Of a stretch of DNA of 64,000 bases, positions 45,195 through 56,725 are shown piece by piece (position 1 is the first letter of the stretch; each line of letters opens with the position of its first letter). Source of the DNA: Eledone cirrhosa (taxonomy: Eukaryota); contig OZ024766.1 in NCBI GenBank assembly GCA_964016885.1, positions 12,276,001 to 12,340,000 of the forward strand. The letters run 5' to 3'. The position numbers and the translations under genes are program-made. The notes under the pieces are model-generated. The model was not told the DNA's origin. It saw only the letters and a list, made by a program, of their open reading frames with translations, and made no database searches.

Positions 45195-46023
45195 GAGAGG
45201 TATAGAGATTGTTTTAGCGAGAAGCTAACAGCATTCTATAACATATATGTGACTATAACGTCAAGATGGGAAAAGTAGTTAACGTAAGATTTAGGAAAAA
45301 TAATTCAAACTCATCTCAAAAGAGAATCAGGATACAAATTCATCCACTAGAATTTAGTGAAATCCAGGGAAAAATCAATAGACCCTTAACTCATGAAAAA
45401 ATAAAGTTTAAAACACTTATCCTTCAATTTGGAATAACATCAAATGCTCTGTATAGTCTTAAAAGACTATTTCATGAAAACTTTCAGTCGAGATGGTCAC
45501 GGTTGGATTTCATTCATCAGCAGAGCTCAACAGAAAACCAGGGCTCTCACAGTATTATAATCCGAAAAAGGGAATTCTAAAACTGGCTAGTTCGCCATCA
45601 TGTGTAGTTATGAAAAAGCACATGGGGAAAAGGGGGGCTAGTGACGTCAGGATGTAAGTGAATGTTTATTTACAAGAAATAGCAGTCAAATACATTCTGA
45701 AAAAAACTCTACAAAAGGAGTTCAGCAAAATAGCAATAATTATCACAGTTTTTATGAAAAAAACCGGGATTAGTCACGGATAGTTTAAGCACTCTAGGAA
45801 AAGAATCCGAGTATAAATATAAATGAGAGGTATAGAGATTGTTTTAGCAAGAAGCTAACAGCATTCTATAACATATATGCGACTATAACGTCAAGATGGG
45901 AAAAGTAGTTAACGTAAGATTTAGGAAAAATAACTCAAACTCATCTCAAAAGAGAATCAGGATACAAATTCATCCACAGAATTGAGTAAAGTCCAGGGAA
46001 AGATCAATAGACCCTTAACTCAT
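45191..46023 (-). mobile_element. Non-coding partial-tandem element, family O (630-bp period)
   Basis: 45191-45393 is repeated at 45821-46023; canonical hammerhead inside. Confidence 0.88.
45446..45526 (-). ncRNA. Canonical type-I hammerhead ribozyme (family O)
   Basis: GCTCTG-CTGATGA-ATGAAA..TTTCAT-GAA-ATAGTC(TTTTAA)GACTAT-A-CAGAGC: three 6-bp Watson-Crick stems, intact core, AUA cleavage triplet. Confidence 0.88.
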
Positions 46024-46272
46024 AGATATAGATATAAACATTGATAGATAGATAGATTTCTTTATTTACCATAAAGGCATAAAAAGAAGGGACAAATACA
46101 AAGGGGGAGTTTACATATAATCGAGTAAAAAGGGTGTAACATGAAAATAATCGAAAATAACCTCAAAAAGGGAGGGGACGTGATGGGGGTTGCACACACC
46201 CCCGAAAAAGTGTGCAATCCTTTGCCCGGGGAGCACATGGAGAAGGTGCTCCCCTCTCCTTTACTTCTTTAC

Positions 46273-49200
46273 CTACAGGATGGTATACAGAGAAGGCCCA
46301 TTTACACGAGCCATTCTCGCCACTATCACCCACCTTTCATAAAACTGCCTGTGGCCAAGCACCTCTCTCTCCATTCTTATCCTTCTTCCGAAGTGATATC
46401 GGAAGAAGTAGACCAGACTATGGCCAGAGAGGAAGTTGCCTGACCTCAGACCTTTCAATCGTGTCCACCAAACAACCTCTTTCAACATGGCTATTACGCA
46501 CAGAAAAACCGCCTTTGCTTCCTTTGTGAAGAGGGGAGGCGGTTTGATTGTCATCACGGACTCGGCGGTCAATTTAATCGGCGCCACCCGCGACAGCAGT
46601 TGTTCGGCGTAGCCCCACAGATCAGCCACGCCCGGACATTGCACCAATGCGTGCGCCACGGTTTCTTCGTGACGCACGCACTTTTTTGAGGGATCCCTGC
46701 CCGGGCGCCCGTGTCTGTAGAGCCTCTCTCGAACGGGTAGAGCCCCTCGGTAGCACTGCCAGGCCAGTGACTTCTGGAAGTTGTCCATTGGTCCTGGGCC
46801 GAAAGTCCTACCGAACAGGCTGGCCAGTTCGTCTTCTTCCATGTCCAGCGACTCTCCAAGGGTGTCATCGCCCCTGCTAGCCACCAGCCCTCTATAGAAT
46901 GATGAGGTGGATTCTCCACCGATGGCCCGGCCCGCTTGCCAGAGAGCCCTGAGCGCCTGAGCACACTCAGTGTGCCAGTCTCCCAGTTTTCCGGATCTTT
47001 GCTTGACCCAGGACTGTAGCTCGGTGAGTGAGACGAGTCTCGGAAAGGCTCGTTTCACGAACGGAGCCCACACCGGTTGACCAGTGAGGAATACCTGTAG
47101 GTGCCGTAGCCTTAATGCGTGCCTACGCATCATCAACCACGGCATCCCCAGCCCTCCTTTCGAAGGTTGTTGGCAGCAGATGGATCTTCTCACCATAGGA
47201 GGACGCTTCTTCCAAAGAAATTGGAAGAGCATGCGTTCCATGGTGGTGAGTGTTTCCTTAGGGCAAGGCACGACAGTCAGGCGGTAGTAAGTGACGGACG
47301 CTATGTAAATGTTCGCCACCTCCGCCCGGCCTTTTAGGGACAGCTTACACTTGGCCCATTTCTGGGTTAGTGCAAACACCTTGTTCGTAACCTCGTTCCA
47401 GTTCTTTTCCACCTGGAGGTCCGGTCCAAACCAGACCCCAAGCAACTTTACCGGGCCCTCCGTCCAGTGTCCGACGACACCGTCAGGAGGCATCGGTTTG
47501 CCTCTCCACGTTCCGAGTTGCAGCCCGATGGATTTTTCCCGGTTCAGTTTCGCTCCTGACAACCTTTCGTACTCCTCCAGTAAGGTACCGATCGCCTCGA
47601 TCTCCGAGTCGGTTGATACCATTACTGTTACGTCATCGGCGTAGGCCGACACCGCTTTGCTCAATCCTGGTTCCAGGGGGATACCCTGCAACAACTCCAA
47701 CTTCCTCAGTAAAGGCTCGAGAGTCAATACGTACAGAAGGGAGGAGAGAGGGCACCCCTGTCGAATGGATCGTGTGATTTCGAACGGCTTCGAAAGGTAG
47801 CCGTTCACCTTGATCCTAGAACAGATGTGGTTGCTATGTAGGGCAGTGATCCAGCCTCTGAAAACAGGACCGAACCCAGCCGCCGCTAGCACCGCATCCA
47901 GGTAACCATGGTCGACCCTATCGAAGGCCTTAGACTGATCCAAGTTGATCAGGGCCCCACCGAAGCCGGGTTTGTTGCCAACCCTCTCTATGATGTATCG
48001 CATGAGGTGGAGGTTATCGTGAATGGACCTGGATGGGATAGCACATGTCTGCGCATCTCCCACCAGGCCACCCACGACAAGCGCCAACCTCTTTGCTAAC
48101 ACCTTGGCCAAAATCTTTAACTCTGTGTTTAGCAGGGTTATGGGCCGAAAATTATTTATACTATCCCCCTTGTTCTCGTCCTTCCTCACCAGCGTGACTA
48201 CGCCCTTGGCTACAGAACAAGGAATTCTCCCGTTCTGCTGCCAATTGCAGTAGACCGCTTCGAGGAGTTCGGAGAAGAAGACCGGCATTGCTAAATAAAG
48301 TTCGTAAGGTATACCATCGAGACCTGGAGATTTGCGTCTGCTGCATTGGCTCAGCGCATCTCCGATCTCATCAGCCGAGATTGGTCCCTCGCAGGATTCC
48401 GCCTCTTTGTTCGAGAGACGCGGCAGGCCGTCGAGGTATGGACCGAAATCCACGCCCCGGCCCGGACCCTCGCCTCCCCCGAACAATCGGGCAAAGTGCT
48501 TTTGAAAGGCCTCGCACATCTGCTTAGGCTCCCGGATCACTCGTCCATCTTCGTCTTGCAACGACCGGATGGTGGATCGATTTCCACTTTTAGCTTCTGT
48601 CACGCGGGCCCATCCAACGGCTTTGGCCCCCTCATTACCTAGAGCACGTATTTTACTTCGAATGACGCAGCCTTCATGCTTTGCATCGAAAAACTGGTTC
48701 AAGGCCGTCCTCGATGCCAGCACTCTGGCCACATCTTCGCTCTTGATTGCCTCTTCTAATTTACCTGTTAATTCTTTCTCGTTTCTATTCCTATTGGCAG
48801 CTAACATCTTGCTATAACTTATTGATTCTGTTCTAATCTCTCTTTTGAGAGATGCCCACCATCGGTTGTTGACGATTGCACCCGTCAACCTCTCCTTAAC
48901 TAATCTGCTAATCCGGTTTCTGTAAGTCTCTTTTGCCGGTAAAGACAAATTAAGTTTCCAGTAACCGGGACCCTGTCTATGTGTTTTCTCGAGATTGACC
49001 ACGCAGGTCACTAATTTGTGATCCGTGTAGCCAACCGTGCGCATTTCGGGACAGCTTAATATGTCCCTATCCTTACTTCTAACTAAGAATCTATCTAAGT
49101 ACGATCTAGATTGACCACTGTGGTTTCTCCAAGTCCAGGTAGGCACAGTTGGAAAATCTAGTCGATATCTATCGACCAAGTTAAAACGGTCGAGTAACCC

Positions 49201-49698
49201 CTTGAGGCTGTTACACCCCCCTCTATTAGGACATGCTCCTGCATAGTCCCAACGTGCATCTAGGATGTCATTCCAATCCCCCGCTAGAAGCAGGGAACGC
49301 GACGTTCCCAGAAAAGTCTCCAAACGCTGGAAGAAGTCGGGCCGTTCAGCTCCGAAAGGGGAGTAGACGGCGACCAGTCTCAAGGCCGCACTTTCACTAC
49401 TGCCAACGTCTAGCACCAACAAACGACCCTCCGGGTCCGAGTGCACAACCTGTACGGCAAGACCCAGGTGTTTTTGCAGCAGCACGACAACCCCACCCCC
49501 ACCTCCAGGTTGACAGAGAGATGCATGCACCTCAAAGTCATCGAAGGTGGGGGCCAGCTGCCGCATGACGCTGATTCGAGTCTCACAGATAACCATTACA
49601 TTTATACTACATGACCTGAGGTCATTTAGAAGCTTTGCTTGCTTCCAAGTTGAGCCCAGGCCACGTGCATTCAAACATCCTACTCTTAACACATCCAT
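46273..49698 (-). CDS. LINE ORF2: APE endonuclease, reverse transcriptase and C-terminal Cys/His region (1141 aa)
   Basis: LNARGL, ICET, AGDWN, SYLDRF, TDH (APE); KSPGLDG, FRPITLLN, DQSKAFDRV, RQGCPLS, YADD (RT); GYWKLN and GGLG motifs of the L1/Tx1 clade. Confidence 0.97.
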   Translation of the reverse strand: MDVLRVGCLNARGLGSTWKQAKLLNDLRSCSINVMVICETRISVMRQLAPTFDDFEVHASLCQPGGGGGVVVLLQKHLGLAVQVVHSDPEGRLLVLDVGSSESAALRLVAVYSPFGAERPDFFQRLETFLGTSRSLLLAGDWNDILDARWDYAGACPNRGGCNSLKGLLDRFNLVDRYRLDFPTVPTWTWRNHSGQSRSYLDRFLVRSKDRDILSCPEMRTVGYTDHKLVTCVVNLEKTHRQGPGYWKLNLSLPAKETYRNRISRLVKERLTGAIVNNRWWASLKREIRTESISYSKMLAANRNRNEKELTGKLEEAIKSEDVARVLASRTALNQFFDAKHEGCVIRSKIRALGNEGAKAVGWARVTEAKSGNRSTIRSLQDEDGRVIREPKQMCEAFQKHFARLFGGGEGPGRGVDFGPYLDGLPRLSNKEAESCEGPISADEIGDALSQCSRRKSPGLDGIPYELYLAMPVFFSELLEAVYCNWQQNGRIPCSVAKGVVTLVRKDENKGDSINNFRPITLLNTELKILAKVLAKRLALVVGGLVGDAQTCAIPSRSIHDNLHLMRYIIERVGNKPGFGGALINLDQSKAFDRVDHGYLDAVLAAAGFGPVFRGWITALHSNHICSRIKVNGYLSKPFEITRSIRQGCPLSSLLYVLTLEPLLRKLELLQGIPLEPGLSKAVSAYADDVTVMVSTDSEIEAIGTLLEEYERLSGAKLNREKSIGLQLGTWRGKPMPPDGVVGHWTEGPVKLLGVWFGPDLQVEKNWNEVTNKVFALTQKWAKCKLSLKGRAEVANIYIASVTYYRLTVVPCPKETLTTMERMLFQFLWKKRPPMVRRSICCQQPSKGGLGMPWLMMRRHALRLRHLQVFLTGQPVWAPFVKRAFPRLVSLTELQSWVKQRSGKLGDWHTECAQALRALWQAGRAIGGESTSSFYRGLVASRGDDTLGESLDMEEDELASLFGRTFGPGPMDNFQKSLAWQCYRGALPVRERLYRHGRPGRDPSKKCVRHEETVAHALVQCPGVADLWGYAEQLLSRVAPIKLTAESVMTIKPPPLFTKEAKAVFLCVIAMLKEVVWWTRLKGLRSGNFLSGHSLVYFFRYHFGRRIRMEREVLGHRQFYERWVIVARMARVNGPSLYTIL

Positions 49699-49731
49699 GT
49701 GGGCGGCAGAGCCAAAGGAGAGTGTAGAGAC

Positions 49732-51609
49732 CTACCTTTCCGCTTCCCGGGGTTCGGGTTGCACGACTTCCATGGGGTCGGGGGTGTTGGGTGAAGGGGT
49801 GTCTTGTGGTGGTGTGGGGTCGTCGGTGTGTGGTGGGGTTGGGGTGTTTGGAGTTGTGTTGGGGAGGGGAAGGGGAGGGGGAAAGCTTTTTAGTAGGACG
49901 CGGTTTATGGGTTTGACAGAGGGTGGTCCTACGTCCTCCTTAAAATCCTTTTTTAGTTTTTGGTAGAGGTTCATTGGGATTTTTATTAGTTTTAAATGTG
50001 GGTGGTTTTCTGATGAAACAAAGTTTACACCTTCGGTTTGTACCGAAGGATTATTGTATATGAGTTCATTTAATTTATTATTGTTTCTGTTGATGTAAGT
50101 ATAGTGTAATGTCTTTTTTTCCGATGGTGTGAGTGTTTCGAAGAGGGGAGGGGCAGGTTTGGTTTTGTTTGTTGCTGGAGGGGTGTTTTCTGTTTTGTTA
50201 GATTGTGTTGCGATTTGGGTGGGGGTTGTTTGTCCTTGTGTGTTTTGCACATGTTTTCTTTTTTTCCTTTTAATCTGTCTGAAGGACTCCGTTTCTTCCT
50301 CCGAATTCGTTGGGTTATCTTCAGTGTTGGAGGGAAGAGGTATGTTTGCTGGTAATGTTTCCGTGTTGGTTTTCTTTGTGGGGGAGATGGATGTCACTAT
50401 GTTAGACTGTGTTGTGTGTTGTGTCTGCGGTGGTTGTGTTGTTTTATTGAGTGAGAGGTTGGGTGGGCCTGTATTTTGTTTTGGGGTAATGTGTTGTGAC
50501 TGTTTGTGTTGTGGTGGTGTTGTGGTGTTACTGAGGGACGGGTTGGGTGGGACTGAGTTTTGTTGTTTGTTTATCTGTTGTGGTGGTGGTGGTGGAGCTG
50601 GTGTTGGTAGCAGGGTTTTCTTTTTGTTGAGTTGGGGACAAGCGGCCTTCAGGTGCCCTCTGCCTGCACAGATATGGCAGGACGGCCTTCTCCCCTCCAC
50701 GCTAATGTTTATATACCCGTGGTCCTCTAATAGGATTCTGTCGGGTATTTGGGCGATGCGTTCAGGCTTCATTTGTACTACCAGCTCTATACCTGTTCCA
50801 CTGAACGCATTGCCTGTGGTTTTCCCAATGGAAATCACGTTGTCATTCACTGGATCGATGAAGCCAGCTATGAGCCAGCAGTAGTCCACATCTGGCATCA
50901 TTGCATCCAGCCATATGCGTTGAGTTTTTTTCCCCATATAAGATGGATAAAAGGTGAAATTTTTCGAACGAATCGGTGACAAAGCACATTTTTTTGCCGC
51001 CGATTCGTTCTTCATGATAATTGCTAGGCTTCCATACAGTCTGTCTTTTCTTATGAAAGTTGTTTCATTCAGTACTTCTGCGAGTACTGTTTTGATATCT
51101 GCTTGAGAAGGCTGTTCAGGTTTTTTTGTACTGTTGTTGATGGTCCGAAACTTGACCGTTCGGCTTTCAATGTCTTTCGTGAATTCTTGAGGCATTTTTA
51201 CCAATAAAATACCATTCTCACCTTCGCTTATGTATTGTTTTGCGTCCGTGATCCTTCGTACCACATCTGAAATGTTTTCCGCTATATAAGTCAAAGATTT
51301 CTTTGTTTTCTGTGCAAAAGAAATTTTGTCGTCTGCTTTGTTTTCTGATATTATGTTATTTTCAACTGTTATTTTTTTGTTTGTTGTGTCTTTGTTTGTG
51401 TTATTAGTATTGTCATGCAATTTTTCAAATTTTTTTTCTTCGTTGTTTTCGTCATTTAATTTTTTCTCCGCAGATTCGTCCGTTTTTATTTTCATTTTTC
51501 CTTCCTTCTCTATGACGTTAGTTGGGAAGGAAGGGAGGACTAAAGCGTGCGAGCTTACAACTCTTACCGCTGTCCCCCCACCACTATTTTCGTTCGCTGC
51601 GTTTAACAT
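49732..51609 (-). CDS. LINE ORF1 (gag-like, CCHC zinc knuckle, Pro/Thr-rich C-half; 625 aa)
   Basis: CHICAGRGHLKAAC knuckle; directly upstream of ORF2 on the same strand. Confidence 0.9.
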   Translation of the reverse strand: MLNAANENSGGGTAVRVVSSHALVLPSFPTNVIEKEGKMKIKTDESAEKKLNDENNEEKKFEKLHDNTNNTNKDTTNKKITVENNIISENKADDKISFAQKTKKSLTYIAENISDVVRRITDAKQYISEGENGILLVKMPQEFTKDIESRTVKFRTINNSTKKPEQPSQADIKTVLAEVLNETTFIRKDRLYGSLAIIMKNESAAKKCALSPIRSKNFTFYPSYMGKKTQRIWLDAMMPDVDYCWLIAGFIDPVNDNVISIGKTTGNAFSGTGIELVVQMKPERIAQIPDRILLEDHGYINISVEGRRPSCHICAGRGHLKAACPQLNKKKTLLPTPAPPPPPQQINKQQNSVPPNPSLSNTTTPPQHKQSQHITPKQNTGPPNLSLNKTTQPPQTQHTTQSNIVTSISPTKKTNTETLPANIPLPSNTEDNPTNSEEETESFRQIKRKKRKHVQNTQGQTTPTQIATQSNKTENTPPATNKTKPAPPLFETLTPSEKKTLHYTYINRNNNKLNELIYNNPSVQTEGVNFVSSENHPHLKLIKIPMNLYQKLKKDFKEDVGPPSVKPINRVLLKSFPPPLPLPNTTPNTPTPPHTDDPTPPQDTPSPNTPDPMEVVQPEPREAER

Positions 51610-51851
51610 TTCTGTTAGACGATTGAAATTTTTTTACACAAAATTTTTTTTAAAACAGGTTTTTCACCTCTAGGAGGGGTAAAGATGAGCTGACCCACCG
51701 CCTGACAGTTCAGACGGAGGGTCAAGCTACACAATTGTATCAAAATTAAGTTTGAACTCACAAAATTTCCTCAATAAATTTGAACAAAACTTCTGTGCGA
51801 AGTGAATGACATCCACACTGTAGAACAGACGACAGCTAGATTGTAAACATT

Positions 51852-51940
<89 letters not shown>

Positions 51941-52931
51941 CCACCAGCGCATCACCACCACCACCTCCACCATCACCACCACCACCAGCACAACACCTCC
52001 ACCGACAACAACAACAACACCTCCACTGCCACCACCACCAACACCAACAACACCACCAACAACGCCACCACCACCAACACCAACACCACCACCAACTACA
52101 ACGACACCACCACCAACAACAACAACACCCTCACCACCACCAACAACAACAACAACAACACCCTCACCACCACCACCAACACCAACGCCACCACCAACAA
52201 CGCCACCACCACCACCAACAACAACACCCTCACCACCACCACCAACACCAACAACACCCTCACCACCACCACCAACACCAACAACACCACCAACAACGCC
52301 ACCACCACCACCAACAACAACACCCTCACCACCACCAACAACACCAACAACACCCTCACCACCACCACCAACACCAACAACACCCTCACTACCACCACCA
52401 ACACCAACACCATCACCAACAACAACAACACCACCAACAACAACACCCTCACCACCACCACCACCACCAGCACCACCACCACCACCAACACCGCCACCAA
52501 CACCACCACACCACCACCTCCACACCACCACCACCAACAACAACACCCTCACAACCACCACCAACAACACCACCACCACCACCACCAACACCACCACTAA
52601 CACCAACACCACCACCACACCACCACCACACCACCAACAACAACACCCTCACCACCACCACCAACACCACCAATACCACCACCAACACCACCACCACCAA
52701 CACCACCACACCATCAACAACAACACCCTCACCACCACCAACAACAACGACACTACCACCACCACCACCAACACCAACACCACCACCAACAACAACGACA
52801 CCCTCACCACCACCAACAACAACGACACCACCACCACCACCACCAACACCAACACCACCACCAACAACAACGACACCACCACCAACAACAACGACACCCT
52901 CACCACCACCAACAACAACGACACCCTCACC

Positions 52932-52963
<32 letters not shown>

Positions 52964-53183
52964 CGACACCCTCACCACCACCACCACCAACACCACCACC
53001 GCCACCACCAAGACCACCACCACCACCAACAACAACCACGACAACGACACCCTCACCACCACCACCACCACCACCAACAACAACAACAACGACACCCTCA
53101 CCACCACCACCACCAACACCACCACCGCCACCACCAAGACCACCACCACCACCAACAACAACCACGACAACGACACCCTCACC

Positions 53184-53215
<32 letters not shown>

Positions 53216-53628
53216 CGACACCCTCACCACCACCACCACCAACACCACCACCGCCACCACCAAGACCACCACCACCACCAACAACAACCACGACACCACC
53301 ACCACCACCACCAACACCACCACCGCCACCACCAAGACCACCACCACCACCAACACCACCACCACCAACAACGACAACGACACCCTCACCACCACCACCA
53401 CCAACACCACCACCACCAACAACGACAACGACACCCTCACCACCACCACCACCAACACCACCACCACCAACAACGACAACGACACCCTCACCACCACCAC
53501 CACCACCACCACCAACACCACCACCACCAACAACGACAACGACACCCTCACCTCCACCACCACCACCAACACCACCACCACCACCAACAACAACGACAAC
53601 GACACCCTCACCTCCACCGCCACCACCC
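51852..53628. repeat. (GATA)n followed by (CCA/CAA)n low-complexity tract
   Basis: Direct inspection. Confidence 0.96.
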
Positions 53629-53734
53629 TATGTATACTAAACCCTTGACCATTGCTGCTGTCCAGCAGTGACATCCTCGCCTCACTCAGCAAAGGAAGCA
53701 GAAGGCGTGTGTCGGAACAGCTCCAAGACTAACG

Positions 53735-54282
53735 ATGGTGGTGGTGGTGGTGGTGGTGGTGGTGGTGGTGGTGGTGGTGGTGGTGGTGGTGGTGGTGGTG
53801 GTGGTGGTGGTGTCGGTGGTGGTGGTGATGGTGGTGGTGGTGGTGGTGGTGGTGGTGGTGGTGGTGGTGGTGGTGGTGGTGATCGTGGTGGTGGTGGTGG
53901 TGGTGGTGGTGGTGGTGGTGGTGGTGGTGGTGGTGGTGGTGGTGGTGTCGGTGGTGGTGGTGATCGTGGTGGTGGTGGTGTCGGTGGTGGTGGTGGTGGT
54001 GGTGCTGGTGGTGGTGGTGGTGGTGCTGGTGCTGGTGGTGTTGGTGGTGCTGGTGGTGGTGGTGGTGGTGCTGGTGGTGGTGGTGGTGGTGGTGGTGGTG
54101 GTGTCGGTGGTGCTGGTGCTGGTGCTGGTGGTGGTGCTGGTGGTGGTGCTGGTGGTGCTGGTGTGGTGGTGGTGGTGATGGTGGTGCTGGTGGTGGTGGT
54201 GACGGGGGGGTGCTGGTGCTGGTGCTGGTGGTGGTGGTGGTGGTGGTGGTGGTGATGGTGGTGGTGGTGGTGGTGATGGTGG

Positions 54283-54313
<31 letters not shown>

Positions 54314-54579
54314 GGTGGTGGTGACGGGGGGGGCTGGTGATGGTGGTGGTGGTGATGGTGATGGTGATGGTGGTGGTGGTGGTGGTGGTGATGGTGGTGC
54401 TGGTGGTGGTGGTGACGGGGGGTGCTGGTGCTGGTGATGGTGATGGTGCTGGTGGTGGTGGTGGTGGTGCTGGTGCTGGTGCTGGTGCTGGTGCTGGTGG
54501 TGCTGGTGATGGTGGTGGTGCTGGTGGTGGTGGTGACGGGGGGTGCTGGTGCTGGTGACGGTGGTGCTGGTGGTGGTGG

Positions 54580-54610
<31 letters not shown>

Positions 54611-54630
54611 GCTGGTGGTGCTGGTGCTGG

Positions 54631-54661
<31 letters not shown>

Positions 54662-55204
54662 GGTGGTGGTGGTGTCGGTGGTGGTGATCGTGGTGGTGGT
54701 GGTGGTGGTGGTGGTGGTGGTGGTGGTGGTGGTGGTGGTGGTGGTGGTGGTGGTGTCGGTGGTGGTGGTGATGGTGGTGGTGGTGGTGGTGGTGTTGGTG
54801 GTGGTGGTGGTGGTGATCGTGGTGGTGGTGGTGGTGGTGGTGGTTGTGGTGGTGGTGGTGGTGGTGGTGTCGGTGGTGGTGGTGATCGTGGTGGTGGTGG
54901 TGTCGGTGGTGGTGGTGGTGGTGGTGCTGGTGGTGGTGGTGGTGGTGCTGGTGCTGGTGGTGTTGGTGGTGCTGGTGGTGGTGGTGGTGGTGCTGGTGGT
55001 GGTGGTGGTGGTGGTGGTGGTGGTGTCGGTGGTGCTGGTGCTGGTGCTGGTGGTGGTGCTGGTGGTGGTGCTGGTGGTGCTGGTGTGGTGGTGGTGGTGA
55101 TGGTGGTGCTGGTGGTGGTTGTGACGGGGGGGTGCTGGTGCTGGTGCTGGTGGTGGTGGTGGTGGTGGTGGTGGTGATGGTGGTGGTGGTGGTGGTGATG
55201 GTGG

Positions 55205-55235
<31 letters not shown>

Positions 55236-55371
55236 GGTGGTGGTGACGGGGGGGGCTGGTGATGGTGGTGGTGGTGATGGTGATGGTGATGGTGGTGGTG
55301 GTGGTGGTGGTGATGGTGGTGCTGGTGGTGGTGGTGACGGGGGGTGCTGGTGCTGGTGATGGTGATGGTGC

Positions 55372-55402
<31 letters not shown>

Positions 55403-55501
55403 GCTGGTGCTGGTGCTGGTGGTGCTGGTGATGGTGGTGGTGCTGGTGGTGGTGGTGACGGGGGGTGCTGGTGCTGGTGATGGTGGTGCTGGTGGTGGTG
55501 G

Positions 55502-55532
<31 letters not shown>

Positions 55533-55552
55533 GCTGGTGGTGCTGGTGCTGG

Positions 55553-55583
<31 letters not shown>

Positions 55584-56337
55584 GGTGGTGGTGGTGTCGG
55601 TGGTGCTGGTGCTGGTGCTGGTGGTGGTGCTGGTGGTGGTGCTGGTGGTGCTGGTGTTGGTGGTGTTGGTGGTGGTGGTGGTGGTGGTGGTGTCGGTGGT
55701 TGTGGTGGTGGTGGTGGTGTCGGTGGTTGTGGTGGTGGTGGTGGTGTCGGTGGTTGTGGTGGTGCTGGTGGTGTCGGTGGTGGTGGTGATGGTGGTGGTG
55801 TCGGTGGTTGTGGTGGTGGTGGTGGTGTCGGTGGTGGTGTTGGTGGTGTCGGTGGTGGTGATCGTGGTGGTGGTGGTGGTGGTGGTGGTGGTGGTGGTGG
55901 TGGTGGTGGTGGTGGTGGTGGTGGTGTCGGTGGTGGTGGTGATGGTGGTGGTGGTGGTGGTGGTGGTGGTGGTGGTGGTGGTGGTGATCGTGGTGGTGGT
56001 GGTGGTGGTGGTGGTGGTGGTGGTGGTGGTGGTGGTGTCGGTGGTGGTGGTGATCGTGGTGGTGGTGGTGTCGGTGGTGGTGGTGGTGGTGGTGCTGGTG
56101 GTGGTGGTGGTGGTGCTGGTGCTGGTGGTGTTGGTGGTGGTGGTGGTGGTGGTGGTGGTGGTGGTGTCGGTGGTGCTGGTGCTGGTGCTGGTGGTGGTGC
56201 TGGTGGTGGTGCTGGTGGTGCTGGTGTGGTGGTGGTGGTGATGGTGGTGCTGGTGGTGGTGGTGACGGGGGGGTGCTGGTGCTGGTGCTGGTGGTGGTGG
56301 TGGTGGTGGTGGTGGTGATGGTGGTGGTGGTGGTGGT

Positions 56338-56370
<33 letters not shown>

Positions 56371-56513
56371 GCTGGTGGTGGTGGTGACGGGGGGGGGCTG
56401 GTGATGGTGGTGGTGGTGATGGTGATGGTGATGGTGGTGGTGGTGGTGGTGGTGATGGTGGTGCTGGTGGTGGTGGTGACGGGGGGTGCTGGTGCTGGTG
56501 ATGGTGATGGTGC

Positions 56514-56544
<31 letters not shown>

Positions 56545-56643
56545 GCTGGTGCTGGTGCTGGTGGTGCTGGTGATGGTGGTGGTGCTGGTGGTGGTGGTGA
56601 CGGGGGGTGCTGGTGCTGGTGATGGTGGTGCTGGTGGTGGTGG

Positions 56644-56674
<31 letters not shown>

Positions 56675-56694
56675 GCTGGTGGTGCTGGTGCTGG

Positions 56695-56725
<31 letters not shown>

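Larger units (their letters stand above)
46058..51843 (-). mobile_element. Full-length L1/Tx1-type non-LTR retrotransposon
   Basis: Two open ORFs, 5'UTR about 230 bp, 3'UTR ending AAATAAAGAAA; direct repeat TAAACATTGATAGATAGATAGAT at 46035-46057 and 51844-51866. Confidence 0.93.

Noticed and set aside
50129-50884. Plus-strand 251-aa ORF and other antisense ORFs over the LINE
   Set aside because: Shadow frames of ORF1/ORF2 without recognisable motifs.
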